From positions 107,813 to 171,812 of the forward strand of contig JBMFRB010000007.1 in the NCBI GenBank assembly GCA_049968255.1: DNA of 64,000 nucleotides. Reading direction: 5' to 3'. Every line of letters starts with the position of its first letter. The first letter of the stretch is position 1. Positions 18,380 to 29,789 of this stretch are shown one piece after another. Below the pieces are notes generated by a model, which was given only the letters and a program-made list of their open reading frames with translations, did not search any database and was not told the DNA's origin. The translations under genes and the position numbers were made by a program. Origin of the DNA: Candidatus Sumerlaeaceae bacterium (GTDB taxonomy: Bacteria > Sumerlaeota > Sumerlaeia > Sumerlaeales > Sumerlaeaceae).

Positions 18380-19135
18380 TCAGGCTGAGGCGCCTTCGCC
18401 CCCCTGCACGGGAGCCGAGGCGGCCACTTTCTGTTCCATTAGTTGCGAAGCTCGCTTCTTACCAACGATATGCTCCAATTCTTTGTTTCGAGATTTGGCA
18501 ACCTCTTCCGCGCTCAGCAGCGACGAAAGTGCGCTGATTGTGGCTTTCACAACATTTATCTTATTGTTCGTGCCGAGCACCTTGGTGAGAACGTCGCCGA
18601 CGCCCGCGAGCTGGAGCACCGCGCGTACCGCCGGCCCCGCGATAATTCCCGTACCCTCGGCGGCGGGTCGCAACATGACCTTGGCTGCACCAAAGTGGCC
18701 GATAATCGGATGAGGAATTGTGCGCCCGACGAGCGGGACGCGAACGATATTCTTCTTTGCGTCTTCGACAGCTTTCGCGATGGCTTCTGGAACCTCATTG
18801 GCTTTGCCGAAACCTGCGCCCACGTGGCCATTGCCGTCGCCCACCACAACGAGAGCAGCAAAGCTGAACCGCCGACCGCCCTTCACTACTTTGGCGGTGC
18901 GGTTGAGCATCACGAGCTCTTCTTTGAGGGCCAGCTCACTGACGGAGATCTTATTGCGAGAGCTTTCCCAAATGCGATAGAGAGACTCGACTGGAGGCTC
19001 GGCGCCAACCGCGCTAGCATCATGAGTGGCCTGGGATGCGTCAGCCGCGGCGTTCGCGCCGTTGCTTTCCTGAGGCGACGTCTCGCTAGGCGAGGGTGTC
19101 TCTTGCATTTTGTTTTCCGGGGCTTCTGGATTCAT
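18380..19135 (-). CDS. rpsE: 30S ribosomal protein S5 with N- and C-terminal extensions
   Basis: [43 protein letters not shown]. Start could be 19135, 19141 or 19162. Confidence 0.95.
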   Translation of the reverse strand: MNPEAPENKMQETPSPSETSPQESNGANAAADASQATHDASAVGAEPPVESLYRIWESSRNKISVSELALKEELVMLNRTAKVVKGGRRFSFAALVVVGDGNGHVGAGFGKANEVPEAIAKAVEDAKKNIVRVPLVGRTIPHPIIGHFGAAKVMLRPAAEGTGIIAGPAVRAVLQLAGVGDVLTKVLGTNNKINVVKATISALSSLLSAEEVAKSRNKELEHIVGKKRASQLMEQKVAASAPVQGGEGASA

Positions 19136-19190
19136 GCTCACCGTTTTCCTGCCTTTTTCCAACCTCGTGTATTGAGCGTAACCAACGCCA

Positions 19191-19559
19191 TTAGAATTTT
19201 AATCCACTTTCGCGAACCGCTTCCGCAAAAGCCTTCACGACGCCGTGGTAGGGGTATCCACTGCGATCGAATACGACCTTTGTGATTCCTGCGGCGATCG
19301 CTTTTTCGGCGATTTCCTTGCCAAGACGCTTTGCGTACTCCTGATTGGCGAAGGTCTTTCTGCCTTCGGCCTTCAGTGTTTTCGTGTTCGTCGTGACCGC
19401 GGCCAACGTGCGTCCGGCCAAGTCGTCCACGAGCTGTGCGTAGAGATGCCGTAGGCTTTTGTAAATGCAAAGACGCGGTCGTTCCGGAGTTCCGGAAACT
19501 TTTTTGCGTATGCGCTTTTTGCGGCGTTCACGCAATTCGTATTTGTGTTTAATCAACAT
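19191..19559 (-). CDS. rplR: 50S ribosomal protein L18
   Basis: [20 protein letters not shown]. Confidence 0.96.
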   Translation of the reverse strand: MLIKHKYELRERRKKRIRKKVSGTPERPRLCIYKSLRHLYAQLVDDLAGRTLAAVTTNTKTLKAEGRKTFANQEYAKRLGKEIAEKAIAAGITKVVFDRSGYPYHGVVKAFAEAVRESGLKF

Positions 19560-19618
19560 AGAGTTTCACCCTTCCGTCCACCGCGAGTAGGTGGCACATT
19601 GCCTTGGGTTGTGATGTG

Positions 19619-20158
19619 TTACTTTGCACCTGCTTTTCCAACTTTGCGGAGAATCTTCTCATCCACGTACTTGATCCCTTTGCCCTTGTAGGGTTCAGGC
19701 GGCCGCAGGGCGCGAATGTTTGCGGCCACTTGGCCGACTGCCTGTTTGTCGTACCCGGAAACGATAATCGAAGTAGGCTTTGGGACCTCGATAGTAATAC
19801 CGGTGGGGGGATCGAATTCCACGGGGTGCGAATAGCCCAATTGGAGCACAAGCTTTTTGCCCTCCATAGAGGCGCGGTAGCCGACACCGTTAATTTCAAG
19901 CTCCTTTTTGAAGCCTTCGCTGACACCGATGACCATATTGCGGATAAGGCGCTGGGCCAAGCCGTGAAACGCTCGGGCCTGCCGATCATCGCCATGACGC
20001 GAGACGTGCACAGCACCATCGCGAACCTCAGCCGACACACGATCTGGCAGCACCCACGTCATTTGACCTTTGGGCCCTTTGACGACGATCTCGTTGACCG
20101 TGATTTTGACCTCAGTGCCTTTCGGGATCGGTACAGGTACTTTTCCTATCCGGCTCAT
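19619..20158 (-). CDS. rplF: 50S ribosomal protein L6
   Basis: MSRIGKVPV, GVGYRA, LGYSHPV, RPPEPYKGKGI. Confidence 0.97.
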   Translation of the reverse strand: MSRIGKVPVPIPKGTEVKITVNEIVVKGPKGQMTWVLPDRVSAEVRDGAVHVSRHGDDRQARAFHGLAQRLIRNMVIGVSEGFKKELEINGVGYRASMEGKKLVLQLGYSHPVEFDPPTGITIEVPKPTSIIVSGYDKQAVGQVAANIRALRPPEPYKGKGIKYVDEKILRKVGKAGAK

Positions 20159-20220
20159 CTTTTTTATCTTTCCTGCTTAGTCACTTGTTTGAAACACTCT
20201 TGGGCGTTGCCTTCTTTTGT

Positions 20221-20622
20221 TCACCACACAGCGCAGAGAACTTCACCGCCCAGATTGCGACGGCGACACTCTTTGTCCGTCATAATTCCTTGGCTGGTGG
20301 AAACGATAGTAATTCCCAGTCCACCGAGCGTTTTCGGGATTTCGCGTGCTCCGGCGTACTTACGGATGCCAGGCTTGGAAATACGCTCGAGCCCATGGAT
20401 AATTCGCTCCTTGTTCGGGCCGTAACGCAGGAGGATCTTGATCGGGGGTTTCTTTCGCCCCTTTGGCGTCCAGAAGCACGCCTTGATGTAGCCCTCATCG
20501 CGAAGTATTTTAGCAATTTCCAATTTGATGCGAGAGTAGGGCACTTCCACTTCCTCGTGATACGCGATATTCGCGTTGCGAATACGGGTCAGCATGTCTG
20601 CGATTGGGTCTGTAACCGGCAT
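20221..20622 (-). CDS. rpsH: 30S ribosomal protein S8
   Basis: [35 protein letters not shown]. Confidence 0.97.
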   Translation of the reverse strand: MPVTDPIADMLTRIRNANIAYHEEVEVPYSRIKLEIAKILRDEGYIKACFWTPKGRKKPPIKILLRYGPNKERIIHGLERISKPGIRKYAGAREIPKTLGGLGITIVSTSQGIMTDKECRRRNLGGEVLCAVW

Positions 20623-20731
20623 AACGATTTACTTTTGATCCTCCATCATGAGCGGTAGTTCGGCTGCGCCGCTTGCCGCTGTCTGTGGCGCCTGACTTGA
20701 GGCGCTGAAAACTTTTTCTAGCATTAGGCTC

Positions 20732-20917
20732 TTACCACGAGCTTTTTCGCACGCCTGGGATTTGTCCGCGGCTCGCGAGATTCCGGAAACAAATACGGCA
20801 CATATTGAAATCGCGCATGAAGGCACGCGCGCGGCCACACAGTGGGCAGCGGTTGCGTTTGCGCGTTGAGAATTTCGGCGAAACTTTAGCTTTGTATTCT
20901 TTTGCACACGTTGACAT
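20732..20917 (-). CDS. rpsN: 30S ribosomal protein S14, zinc-binding (type Z)
   Basis: 61 aa, RCPLCGR...[15 protein letters not shown]. Confidence 0.96.
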   Translation of the reverse strand: MSTCAKEYKAKVSPKFSTRKRNRCPLCGRARAFMRDFNMCRICFRNLASRGQIPGVRKSSW

Positions 20918-20948
20918 GGTAACCTTTCACCTTCTTACCGTTCTTCGT

Positions 20949-21614
20949 TTATTTGCTCCGGAATGGGAACCCGAAGAGCCGCAGCAGCTCTAAGGCCTCC
21001 TCATCATTCTTTGCCGTGGTGACTGTGGTGATGTTCATGCCAAGCACCGTGGTCACTTTGTTGATGTCGAGTTCCATAAAAATTGTGTGCTCGCGCACAC
21101 CCATGGAATGGTTTCCACGACCATCGAAGCTTCGCGTAGGCAGGCCACGGAAGTCGCGGATACGGGGGATGGAAATGCGGATGAGACGCTCGAGGAACTC
21201 ATACATGCGGTTGCCGCGCAGGGTGACGAAGCAGCCCACCGGCATACCTGTGCGAATCTTGAATGCGCTAATGGATTTTTTCGCGCGAGCGAGTTTTGGT
21301 TTTTGGCCGGTGATGAGGGCCAAGTCGCGCATAGCTGCTTCAAGAAGTTTCGGATCACGGGAGGCTTCGCCCACTCCCATATTGACCACAACTTTCTCGA
21401 TGCGAGGCACCTGCATGACGTTCTTGTAGGCGAAGCGCTTCACCATCGCGGGGATGATTTCCTCGCGATATTTGCGCTTCAGGCTTGGCACGTAATCCTT
21501 GAGCTGGGCACGCTCCTCAGCGCTAAGTTCGTCAGCGGCCGAGAGCTTGCCTACTTCCGGCCCGCTTGCCGATTGCTCATTCTTTTTCTCTTTCTTCGCT
21601 TTGGCTTCCGCCAT
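20949..21614 (-). CDS. rplE: 50S ribosomal protein L5 with N-terminal extension
   Basis: [26 protein letters not shown]. Confidence 0.96.
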   Translation of the reverse strand: MAEAKAKKEKKNEQSASGPEVGKLSAADELSAEERAQLKDYVPSLKRKYREEIIPAMVKRFAYKNVMQVPRIEKVVVNMGVGEASRDPKLLEAAMRDLALITGQKPKLARAKKSISAFKIRTGMPVGCFVTLRGNRMYEFLERLIRISIPRIRDFRGLPTRSFDGRGNHSMGVREHTIFMELDINKVTTVLGMNITTVTTAKNDEEALELLRLFGFPFRSK

Positions 21615-21682
21615 GTTCCATTTCCTCTCTGGTATAAGTGACGGCTTTGTGCGTCACCGTAGCTCCGGTTTTAGAGAATGGA

Positions 21683-21997
21683 TCAAAGGACGCTGCCGCA
21701 CCCTTTGCAGACTCGTTGTTTTGCGCCGTCCGACGTCATGCGCGAGGCGAAGCGGACGCCCTTTTTGCATTTCTCGCAATAGAGCATAAGATTCGAGATG
21801 TGGATAGGGGCTTCGCGCTCGACAATGCCGCCAGGCTGGTTCGGGCCGCGGGCGCGCATGTGACGCTTGATCATGTTGACGTTTTCCACCACTGCGCGAT
21901 TCTTCTTGGGAATCACGTAGAGGACGCGCGACACTAGCCCGCGATTCTTTCCCGTGATGACAACCACACGATCATTCTTTTTGATTCTCAGCGACAT
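21683..21997 (-). CDS. rplX: 50S ribosomal protein L24
   Basis: [30 protein letters not shown]. Also has CEKC and CKGC pairs. Confidence 0.95.
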   Translation of the reverse strand: MSLRIKKNDRVVVITGKNRGLVSRVLYVIPKKNRAVVENVNMIKRHMRARGPNQPGGIVEREAPIHISNLMLYCEKCKKGVRFASRMTSDGAKQRVCKGCGSVL

Positions 21998-22011
21998 AGT
22001 TTCCTGTTCCC

Positions 22012-22380
22012 TCAAATCACCTCAGGAGCCAGCGAGATGATTTTCATGAAATTCTTTTTACGCAGCTCGCGACCGACGGCACCAAAGATGCGGGTCCCGA
22101 TTGGTTCGTTCTGGTTGTTAATAATGACGGCTGCATTGCTATCGAACTTGACGTAGGAGCCGTCCTCGCGCGCGAGTTCTTTCGTCGTGCGCACAACCAC
22201 GGCGCGCACCACGCTCCCCTTTTTGACCGTGGCATCGGGGCTGGCCTCGCGCACACTGGCAACAATGATGTCACCAATTCGCGCGTAGCGTCGGCGCGTG
22301 CCGCCCAAAACTTTGAAGCAGCGGATCTTTTTTGCACCGGTGTTGTCAGCTACGTCGAGTACGGTGTATTCTTGAATCAT
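22012..22380 (-). CDS. rplN: 50S ribosomal protein L14
   Basis: [23 protein letters not shown]. Confidence 0.97.
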   Translation of the reverse strand: MIQEYTVLDVADNTGAKKIRCFKVLGGTRRRYARIGDIIVASVREASPDATVKKGSVVRAVVVRTTKELAREDGSYVKFDSNAAVIINNQNEPIGTRIFGAVGRELRKKNFMKIISLAPEVI

Positions 22381-22446
22381 ATTCCTTCACCCTAGTCCAT
22401 TGTATCACGAAGCATTTCTCTCTTCGGCTTCTCGCGAGACGCAGGG

Positions 22447-22722
22447 TCAACGCGCTCGTTCCAAGATAGCCTGGACACGCCACCTTTTGAGCTTGCTTAG
22501 CGGACGTGTCTCGATGACCTGCACAAGGTCGCCTTCATGAGCATCGTTCTTTTCGTCGTGGGCATAGACCTTGGAGGTGCGCCGAATGTATTTCTTGTAG
22601 AGTGGGTGCATGACAAACCGCTCGATGGCGACCACGACGGTCTTGTTCATTCTTTCACTGACGACCCGCCCGACGCGAACTTTGCGGTAACCTCGCTGTG
22701 TTGCTGTTTTTTTCTTAGCCAT
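22447..22722 (-). CDS. rpsQ: 30S ribosomal protein S17
   Basis: [31 protein letters not shown]. Confidence 0.96.
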   Translation of the reverse strand: MAKKKTATQRGYRKVRVGRVVSERMNKTVVVAIERFVMHPLYKKYIRRTSKVYAHDEKNDAHEGDLVQVIETRPLSKLKRWRVQAILERAR

Positions 22723-22763
22723 TGTTTCCTCTCTAAACCTTCAACCCTCTTGGCCAGCTGCCC

Positions 22764-22982
22764 TCATGCTTGCTGCGGTTGCTGCTTTGCTTCGCGCATC
22801 TTTTCGCCAATCACCATTTTCAGGCGGGCGATGTCTCGGCGCTCTTGGCGCAGCAGCGCGGTGTTTTGGAGTTCTTTGATCGTGGCCTGTACCCGATGCT
22901 CGTAGTATTGTTTGAGCAACTGAGCCAGGCGCTCCTGAAGTTCCTCGATGGGCAGTGCCCGCAGTTCCTTCGCTTTGAGCAT
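22764..22982 (-). CDS. rpmC: 50S ribosomal protein L29
   Basis: KAKELR, RRDIARLK. Lies between rplP and rpsQ. Confidence 0.92.
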   Translation of the reverse strand: MLKAKELRALPIEELQERLAQLLKQYYEHRVQATIKELQNTALLRQERRDIARLKMVIGEKMREAKQQPQQA

Positions 22983-22985
22983 TGG

Positions 22986-23399
22986 TCAGATCTCCTCCCG
23001 AACGAGGAATCGCGTTTTGATGGGCAATTTGTGAGCTGCCAAGCGCATTGCTTCTTCTGCGATGGCCTTGTCCACGCCTTCAAGCTCGAACATCACTCGA
23101 CCGGGTTTGACGACAGCCACCCACTGTTCAGGGTTGCCTTTTCCTTTTCCCATGCGGGTTTCGGCCGGTTTCTTCGTCAGTGGCTTATCGGGGAAAATGT
23201 TGATCCACAATTTCCCACCGCGTTTGACGTGGCGCGAGATGGCGACGCGAGCTGCTTCAATCTGGCGGTTCGTGATCCACCCCGCTTCGAGAGCCTGAAG
23301 GCCGAAGCTTCCGAAGTGCAATTCGCAGCCGCGGTAAGCTTTCCCGCGCCGGCGGCCTTTTTGGACCTTACGATGTTTTACGCGTTTTGGTAACAGCAT
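22986..23399 (-). CDS. rplP: 50S ribosomal protein L16
   Basis: [27 protein letters not shown]. Confidence 0.97.
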   Translation of the reverse strand: MLLPKRVKHRKVQKGRRRGKAYRGCELHFGSFGLQALEAGWITNRQIEAARVAISRHVKRGGKLWINIFPDKPLTKKPAETRMGKGKGNPEQWVAVVKPGRVMFELEGVDKAIAEEAMRLAAHKLPIKTRFLVREEI

Positions 23400-23477
23400 T
23401 GTTCCGTATCCGACCTAGCTTTTTTCTACATTTTTGCTCGTTTCGCGTACTGTTGAGACAAGCTCTCCCGCCCGCGC

Positions 23478-23687
23478 TTAGGCCCTAACAGCCATCACAA
23501 GGACGGCCATGAGCCCGAATTCCACGCTTCCGGTTCGAGCATGGTACTCAACCTGCTGGACTTCGAGATTCACAAGCCTCTCGTTGGGGTGAGCCTCGAT
23601 GTACTCGTTAATCTTTTCTTCCAGCGAAATCTCGTCGCCAGCAGTGAGAATTCTGACAACGGGCTTTTCCAAGTCTCGCAATTCCAT
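23478..23687 (-). CDS. 69-aa hypothetical protein inserted between rpsC and rplP (Cse60/DUF2758-like pattern)
   Basis: GGAGG/GGAG upstream of ATG 23687, co-oriented, fills most of a 355-nt gap. Pattern VRIL...SLEEKINEYI...LVNLEV...LMAVLV. Confidence 0.7.
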   Translation of the reverse strand: MELRDLEKPVVRILTAGDEISLEEKINEYIEAHPNERLVNLEVQQVEYHARTGSVEFGLMAVLVMAVRA

Positions 23688-23754
23688 ACTCCACCGCCCT
23701 CCGTGCACCGCATGCCAAGACAGGCTCATACACCTGGGCCTGTGCCCATAGAGG

Positions 23755-24423
23755 TCAGCTTGCCGGCACTTCAGCCACTATGGGAGTCTTTTTTTCTTCC
23801 AGGACTTCCCGAAGGAAGATCCAAACTTTGATTCCGATGACACCGTACTTGGTGCGCGCTTCAGCGAATCCGTAGTCGATGTCCGCACGTAGCGTGTGCA
23901 GCGGAACACGCCCCTCACGGTACCACTCAGAGCGGGCGATTTCAGCCCCAGCAAGGCGCCCGCTGCACTGGATCTTGATCCCCTGCGCACCAGCTTTGAC
24001 CGATGCGAGAACTGTTCTCTTCATTGCACGGCGGAAACCGATTCGGCGCAGGAGCTGACTCGCAATATTTTCTGCCACGAGCTGAGCGCTAAGGTCCGGG
24101 CGCTTGACTTCTTCCACGTTGATGCTAATCTGCTTGCCGGTTCTTTGCTCAAGCTCCTTGCGGAACTTGTCAATCTCCTGGCCTTTGCGGCCGATGATGA
24201 TTCCCGGCCGAGCAGTATGGATGGTGATTTTTGCTCGGTTGGAGGCGCGCTCGATGTCGACACGGGCAATGCCGGCATGGTAGAAACGTTTTTTGATCTC
24301 TTTGCGGATTGCGATGTCCTCGTGGAGAAGGTCACAATACGTTTTGCCCTGAGCGAACCAGCGGCCTTCCCAATTTTTTGTAATGCCGAGGCGGAATCCT
24401 ATTGGATTTACTTTTTGTCCCAT
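23755..24423 (-). CDS. rpsC: 30S ribosomal protein S3
   Basis: [37 protein letters not shown]. Confidence 0.97.
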   Translation of the reverse strand: MGQKVNPIGFRLGITKNWEGRWFAQGKTYCDLLHEDIAIRKEIKKRFYHAGIARVDIERASNRAKITIHTARPGIIIGRKGQEIDKFRKELEQRTGKQISINVEEVKRPDLSAQLVAENIASQLLRRIGFRRAMKRTVLASVKAGAQGIKIQCSGRLAGAEIARSEWYREGRVPLHTLRADIDYGFAEARTKYGVIGIKVWIFLREVLEEKKTPIVAEVPAS

Positions 24424-24439
24424 CTGCTCCCGAACCTTC

Positions 24440-24811
24440 TTATACGTGATTCAAACGAACTGTGATGTGGCAGAACCGTTTGCGAACCCGAACAGCACGC
24501 CCCATGGGTGCAGCGCGGAAGCGCTTGAGCATGAAGGCGCCATCCACAAACACCTCGGAGATTACAAGCGAATCCGGATTTTCGACCTTCGCGTTGGCCT
24601 GTGCGTTGGCGCGTGCGCTTTTCAGGACTTTCATGACGGCAGGGGCCGCGCTCGGCTTATGAATCAGTTTCAACAGATCGAGCGCCTCTTTTACGCTCTT
24701 GCCGCGAATGAGATCACAGACGACGCGTGCTTTTCGCGCAGGCATCGGAGCAAAGCGATATCTCGCTTCGCTTACACATTCATAAATCTTCTCGCGTTTG
24801 GGCTTGCCCAT
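24440..24811 (-). CDS. rplV: 50S ribosomal protein L22
   Basis: [42 protein letters not shown] before ATG 24811. Confidence 0.94.
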   Translation of the reverse strand: MGKPKREKIYECVSEARYRFAPMPARKARVVCDLIRGKSVKEALDLLKLIHKPSAAPAVMKVLKSARANAQANAKVENPDSLVISEVFVDGAFMLKRFRAAPMGRAVRVRKRFCHITVRLNHV

Positions 24812-24833
24812 GAGCGACTCCTCGTTCTCCAAC

Positions 24834-25118
24834 TCACTTCAGGCCAGTGGCTTTGGCGGTTTTTCCCCCGTGCGCTCGGAATGTGCGCGTTGGGGCAAAC
24901 TCGCCCAGCTTGTGCCCGACCATGTTTTCGTTGATAAACACCGGCACGAAATTCTTGCCATTGTGGACGGCGATTGTAAGCCCCACCATTTCGGGGGTGA
25001 CCGTCGAAGCCCGGCTCCACGTTTTGATGACACGCTTGTCACCACTGCGTTGCGCCGCTTCGACGCGCTTCATCAGTTTCGGTTCGACGTATGGACCTTT
25101 ATGGACGCTACGAGGCAT
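24834..25118 (-). CDS. rpsS: 30S ribosomal protein S19
   Basis: [30 protein letters not shown]. Confidence 0.97.
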   Translation of the reverse strand: MPRSVHKGPYVEPKLMKRVEAAQRSGDKRVIKTWSRASTVTPEMVGLTIAVHNGKNFVPVFINENMVGHKLGEFAPTRTFRAHGGKTAKATGLK

Positions 25119-25948
25119 TACTTTTGACCTCTACGCTTGATAATATATTTCCAGCTTAGTTTGCGTGGATTACGAGTCTTCTTTCCTTTGGTCAGCCATC
25201 CCCAAGGTGAGCACGGATGCCGACCACCGGATGTTTTGCCTTCACCCCCACCGAGAGGATGGTCAACTGGGTTCATCGCGACGCCACGTACCTCTGGCCG
25301 TTTTCCGAGCCAGCGTGACCTCCCTGCTTTTCCGATGGATATATTTTCGTGGTCAAGGTTGCCGACCTGTCCGATTGTGGCTCGGCATTCCCGATGGACA
25401 AGCCGCACTTCGCCAGAGGGAAGCCGCAAGGTGCAATAGTTCCCCTCTTTTGCGAGCAATTGCACAGAGGCCCCGGCGGAGCGAGCCAGTTGGGCTCCTT
25501 TTTTCGGCCGGAGCTCAACTGCATGCACCGTCGTGCCGACGGGGATTGCCCGCAAGGGTAGAGCGTTGCCGACTTGAATTTCTGCATTCTCGCCACTCAT
25601 GACGGTGTCGCCCACGTTTAGACCGACGGGAGCGAGGATGTAGCGCTTCTCCCCGTCGGCGTAGTGCAGCAGCGCGATGCGCGCTGAGCGATTTGGATCA
25701 TACTCGATCGCCGCAACCTTTGCGGCTATACCGTCTTTGTCGCGCTTGAAGTCAATAATGCGGTAAAGCCGTTTATGGCCCCCACCAATCCAGCGCGAGG
25801 TGATCCGGCCTTGGTTGTTGCGGCCGCCGGTCTTCTTTAGACGTTCAACTAGCGAACCCTCGGGTTCGGTTTTGGTGATCTCTTCGAATGTTGACACCGT
25901 CATTTGACGGCGTCCCGGCGTTATGGGTTTGAACGACTTGAGTCCCAT
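25118..25948 (-). CDS. rplB: 50S ribosomal protein L2
   Basis: [31 protein letters not shown]. Confidence 0.98.
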   Translation of the reverse strand: MGLKSFKPITPGRRQMTVSTFEEITKTEPEGSLVERLKKTGGRNNQGRITSRWIGGGHKRLYRIIDFKRDKDGIAAKVAAIEYDPNRSARIALLHYADGEKRYILAPVGLNVGDTVMSGENAEIQVGNALPLRAIPVGTTVHAVELRPKKGAQLARSAGASVQLLAKEGNYCTLRLPSGEVRLVHRECRATIGQVGNLDHENISIGKAGRSRWLGKRPEVRGVAMNPVDHPLGGGEGKTSGGRHPCSPWGWLTKGKKTRNPRKLSWKYIIKRRGQK

Positions 25949-26235
25949 TAGATGACCTCAATCTTGTAACCAGGTTGCAGGGTCACGTACGCCTTTTTCC
26001 AGTCCGATGTTTTGCCCTCGAAGCGACCCTGACGCTTCGATTTGCCCTTCAAGCGGACTGTGTTTACGGCTTTCACCTTGACGTTATAGGCTTGCTCAAC
26101 GGCTTTTTTGATTTCGACTTTGTTTGCGTCGAGGCGAACCTTGAAGACGTACTGCGGGCCGTCCTTACGCTCCGCAAGAAGCGTTGCCTTTTCCGTGATG
26201 ACTGGCCGCTGGAGAATTTCGTATGGGCTCTTCAT
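25948..26235 (-). CDS. rplW: 50S ribosomal protein L23
   Basis: [26 protein letters not shown]. Confidence 0.96.
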   Translation of the reverse strand: MKSPYEILQRPVITEKATLLAERKDGPQYVFKVRLDANKVEIKKAVEQAYNVKVKAVNTVRLKGKSKRQGRFEGKTSDWKKAYVTLQPGYKIEVI

Positions 26236-26870
26236 GCGATGGCCTCCTCGAGCTGCTTAATGGCCTCGGGCGTCGTAACAAGGGCATCGCACGTCAGGAG
26301 GCAGTAAATGTTTACATTGTTGACAGGGATGACCAGGACATTGGGCAAGTTGCGTGCGGAGCGGAGAATTCGCTCATCTGGCTGCGGCAATACGACGAGA
26401 ATTCGCTTCTCGTTTGCCACACCAATGCCCTCGAGGATGCCGAGGAATTTCTTCGTTTTGATTTCATCAACCACCAAGGAGGCCACCACCTTGATCCGAC
26501 TCTGGCGTACGAGATCGCTCAGGGCCGAATAGAGGGCAGCCCGCTTGACCTTTTTGTTCACCTTCTGGTTGTAGTCACGCGGCTGAGGGCCAAAAATAAT
26601 TGCTCCGCCACGCCACTGAGGTGCACGAATCGACCCTTGGCGAGCGCGGCCAGTTCCTTTCTGGCGCCACGGCTTACGGCCGCCGCCGCTGACCATGCCC
26701 CGGGTCTTCGTGGAGTGTGTGCCTTGGCGCTGGTTTGCCTCGTAAGCCAGCAGGGCCTGGCGGACACAGTTGACGTTAGGCTCAACAGCGAACACATCAT
26801 CGCGTACGTTGATCGAGCCGGTGGTCTCGCCTTTGAGATTGATGACGGATAGCTGTGCCATAATTGCCAT
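26232..26870 (-). CDS. rplD: 50S ribosomal protein L4
   Basis: [34 protein letters not shown]. Confidence 0.97.
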   Translation of the reverse strand: MAIMAQLSVINLKGETTGSINVRDDVFAVEPNVNCVRQALLAYEANQRQGTHSTKTRGMVSGGGRKPWRQKGTGRARQGSIRAPQWRGGAIIFGPQPRDYNQKVNKKVKRAALYSALSDLVRQSRIKVVASLVVDEIKTKKFLGILEGIGVANEKRILVVLPQPDERILRSARNLPNVLVIPVNNVNIYCLLTCDALVTTPEAIKQLEEAIA

Positions 26871-27625
26871 TACCTCCCTGCAGCCTTCTTCGAAGCCTTC
26901 AACGGGTTAATGGCTTTCGCCGCAAGCTCGGCGAGGCGCGCTTCTTTTGTCGCCAGCAAGCGAATTTGGCGTTCGGCTTTCTTCCCGCGTACGGTCTTGC
27001 GAATGATCACAAAGCCATTGTTGTGTCCTGGAACGCTCCCTTTGACGAGGATGAGGTTTTTATTCTCATCCGTTTTCATGATGACCAGGTTCAGGGCTGT
27101 GCACCGGGCTGCACCCATGTGCCCCGCGGCGTGTTTTCCTTTCCAAGTTCGTGAAGGGAAGCTTGACGCTCCCTGGGATCCCGGGCGGCGGTGGTACATC
27201 GACCCGTGGGTTTCCGGCCCACGCCGGGTATGCCAGCGCTTGATGGGAGAGGCGAAGCCACGACCCTTGGAGATTCCAATGACGTCGACGTGCTCGCCTT
27301 CTTTGAAAACGTCTCCGATTTTGAGCTGGCCGCCCACTTCTGGAAGCGCTTCGAGAATTCCGCTGTCTTCGAGGCGGAACTCTTTAATGAATCGCATGGG
27401 TGGCACACCGATTTTCTTAAACTGTCCGAGCAAGGGCTTCGGGGTCAGTTTTTCTTTTCGTTCACCGAAGCCAAGCTGCACAGCAGTGTAACCATCCTCG
27501 TCCTTCGTCTTTTTATCGAGGACGACACACGGCCCCGCTTCAATGAACGTCACAGGGACCAGCCGTCCGTGCTGGTCGAATATCTGTGACATTCCTAATT
27601 TTCTTCCTAATAGTCCAATCGGCAT
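26870..27625 (-). CDS. rplC: 50S ribosomal protein L3 with C-terminal extension
   Basis: GLLGRKLGMSQ, DGYTAVQLG, SKGRGF, VKGSVPG. Start at ATG 27625. Confidence 0.96.
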   Translation of the reverse strand: MPIGLLGRKLGMSQIFDQHGRLVPVTFIEAGPCVVLDKKTKDEDGYTAVQLGFGERKEKLTPKPLLGQFKKIGVPPMRFIKEFRLEDSGILEALPEVGGQLKIGDVFKEGEHVDVIGISKGRGFASPIKRWHTRRGPETHGSMYHRRPGSQGASSFPSRTWKGKHAAGHMGAARCTALNLVIMKTDENKNLILVKGSVPGHNNGFVIIRKTVRGKKAERQIRLLATKEARLAELAAKAINPLKASKKAAGR

Positions 27626-27738
27626 AATTCGCTTTCTCCGCGAGTGCAGCACGCTGGCCCATGTTGCGAGCCGGCGTCGGCTGTGTGGCACTGTATGCTT
27701 CTGATTTACGGCGCCGAGGGTTGACTCGTGCCGGAACA

Positions 27739-28050
27739 TCAGGACAGCTTGATTTCCACGTGGAGCCCTGACGGTAGCTCCAGTTGCGTCAAGGCGTCGA
27801 GCGTCGCCTGAGTCGGGTTGATAATATCGATGATGCGCTTGTGGATACGCATCTCGAACTGCTCCCGGCTCTTTTTATCAACGTGGGGCGAGCGATTGAC
27901 CGTGTACTTGCGAATGCGGGTGGGCAGGGGGATTGGTCCTGCCACTTTCGCCCCCGTCCGCTTGACGCTCTCCACGATCTCATCGACGCTAGCGTCGAGT
28001 TGGCGATGATCGAATGCCTTGAGATTGATTCGGATTTTTTGTCCTGCCAT
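27739..28050 (-). CDS. rpsJ: 30S ribosomal protein S10
   Basis: [32 protein letters not shown]. Confidence 0.98.
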   Translation of the reverse strand: MAGQKIRINLKAFDHRQLDASVDEIVESVKRTGAKVAGPIPLPTRIRKYTVNRSPHVDKKSREQFEMRIHKRIIDIINPTQATLDALTQLELPSGLHVEIKLS

Positions 28051-28070
28051 TTGTCAGTTCTTTCCGAGGG

Positions 28071-28102
28071 GAGGACTGCCTCGCCTTTGTAAGGCAGTCC
28101 TC
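28071..28102. repeat. Perfect 11-bp inverted repeat between tuf and rpsJ
   Basis: GAGGACTGCCT-10 nt-AGGCAGTCCTC. No U-tract follows on the coding (minus) strand. Confidence 0.7.
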
Positions 28103-28123
28103 ACATTTCGTAGTCTCGCAAAA

Positions 28124-29317
28124 TTACTCGATGATATCGGTGACGACGCCGGCTCCCACCGTGCGACCACCTTCGCGGATCGCGAAGCGGAGCTCTTTTT
28201 CCATCGCGATGGGGGTAATAAGCTCAACTTCGATGTTCACATTGTCGCCGGGCATCACCATCTCCACACCTTCGGGTAGTGTGACTACGCCGGTGACGTC
28301 GGTGGTGCGGAAATAGAACTGTGGGCGGTAGCCCTTGAAGAACGGCGTGTGGCGTCCACCTTCTTCTTTGGTGAGGATATAGACGCTGGCCTTAAACTTG
28401 CGATGCGGTGTGATTGAGCCAGGGGCTGCAACGACCTGACCGCGCTCGATTTCGTCCCGCTCAATTCCGCGCAGCAGCAAACCGACGTTATCGCCCGCAA
28501 GCCCCTCGTCGAGCACCTTGCGGAACATTTCAACGCCGGTGACCACCGACTTCTTGATCTCGTCGCTAAGTCCAACGATTTCGACGTTGTCGCCGACTTT
28601 GATTCGCCCGCGCTCTACACGGCCCGTGGCAACTGTTCCGCGTCCAGAAATCGAGAAGACGTCTTCGATCGGCATGAGGAACGGCTTATCGATGTCGCGC
28701 TGCGGCTCAGGAATATAGGTGTCCAAGGCCTCCATCAGTTTGTCGATGGACTGCACGCCGTACTCTGTATTTTCGCCATTGAGGGCCTGGAGCGCGGAGC
28801 CACGAATAATTGGCACGGTGTCGCCAGGAAACTCGTACTTGGAAAGCAGTTCACGCACCTCGAGCTCAACGAGGTCGAGGAGTTCCGGATCGTCGACCAT
28901 GTCGCACTTGTTGAGATAAACGACGATGTAGGGAACGCCGACCTGGCGGGCCAGCAGAATGTGCTCACGCGTCTGCGGCATGGGACCATCGGTTGCGGCA
29001 ACTACCAGGATAGCGCCGTCCATTTGGGCCGCGCCGGTGATCATGTTTTTGATGTAATCAGCGTGACCTGGGCAGTCGACGTGAGCGTAATGGCGTTTCT
29101 CGGTCTCGTACTCGACATGGGCGGTGGCGATGGTGATACCACGTGCGCGCTCTTCTGGCGCTTTGTCAATCTGATCGAAGGGAACGTAGTTGCCCAGCGC
29201 CTTTTCCGCCTGCCGCTTGGTGATGGCGGCTGTCAGGGTGGTTTTGCCGTGGTCAATGTGGCCGATTGTGCCGACGTTTACGTGTGGCTTCTTACGCTCG
29301 AACTTTTCCTTAGCCAT
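28124..29317 (-). CDS. tuf: Elongation factor Tu
   Basis: [42 protein letters not shown]. Confidence 0.99.
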   Translation of the reverse strand: MAKEKFERKKPHVNVGTIGHIDHGKTTLTAAITKRQAEKALGNYVPFDQIDKAPEERARGITIATAHVEYETEKRHYAHVDCPGHADYIKNMITGAAQMDGAILVVAATDGPMPQTREHILLARQVGVPYIVVYLNKCDMVDDPELLDLVELEVRELLSKYEFPGDTVPIIRGSALQALNGENTEYGVQSIDKLMEALDTYIPEPQRDIDKPFLMPIEDVFSISGRGTVATGRVERGRIKVGDNVEIVGLSDEIKKSVVTGVEMFRKVLDEGLAGDNVGLLLRGIERDEIERGQVVAAPGSITPHRKFKASVYILTKEEGGRHTPFFKGYRPQFYFRTTDVTGVVTLPEGVEMVMPGDNVNIEVELITPIAMEKELRFAIREGGRTVGAGVVTDIIE

Positions 29318-29759
29318 GATTTATTCCTCCATACTTTTCGTAACGCGTAGGCGGTCGCTCGACTGCCCATTTTGGAAGGTCGCTGCTCGCGGGGAGCTCG
29401 ATCTTCCGAAACTTTTGGTGCTCTGCGGCCGTAGCTGGCAGGATGCCAGGGTCCTTGGCACACGTCGCACGTGTTACTCTTCTTCGGAAAAGTTATTTGA
29501 CGCGGAGCCGCATTGTGCGTGCTCAGTCGCCGCTGCCGTGGCCAATTTGTGATGTGCCACTGCTACCGAAGTCGCCCTCTGCTTCTGCCTCTTTTGTGCT
29601 GCCGAGGCTTTTTATGCCCTTTTTTGCCGTTGCGCGGTGAGGGAGCCGCCCAACGTTTCGCGAGCAAGCGAAGCAAAGCTTGTCGCGATGATGTGGGATC
29701 TTGACCGAGTGGATTGTCCTGTTGGAGTTCAGCTCAGCTGTCCACTACGAGTCCAGGCG

Positions 29760-29789
29760 TTTATACTCATTGCAACTAACACTATTCAA
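29760..29789 (-). promoter_or_regulatory. Candidate sigma70 promoter for tuf-S10-spc
   Basis: Minus strand TTGAAT-18 nt-TATAAA in an AT-rich patch about 440 nt upstream of tuf. Confidence 0.4.

Noticed and set aside
18443-29350. Long plus-strand ORFs opposite ribosomal genes (e.g. 18443-19285, 19604-20425, 22770-23393)
   Set aside because: Antisense shadows of highly biased coding genes, with no motifs.
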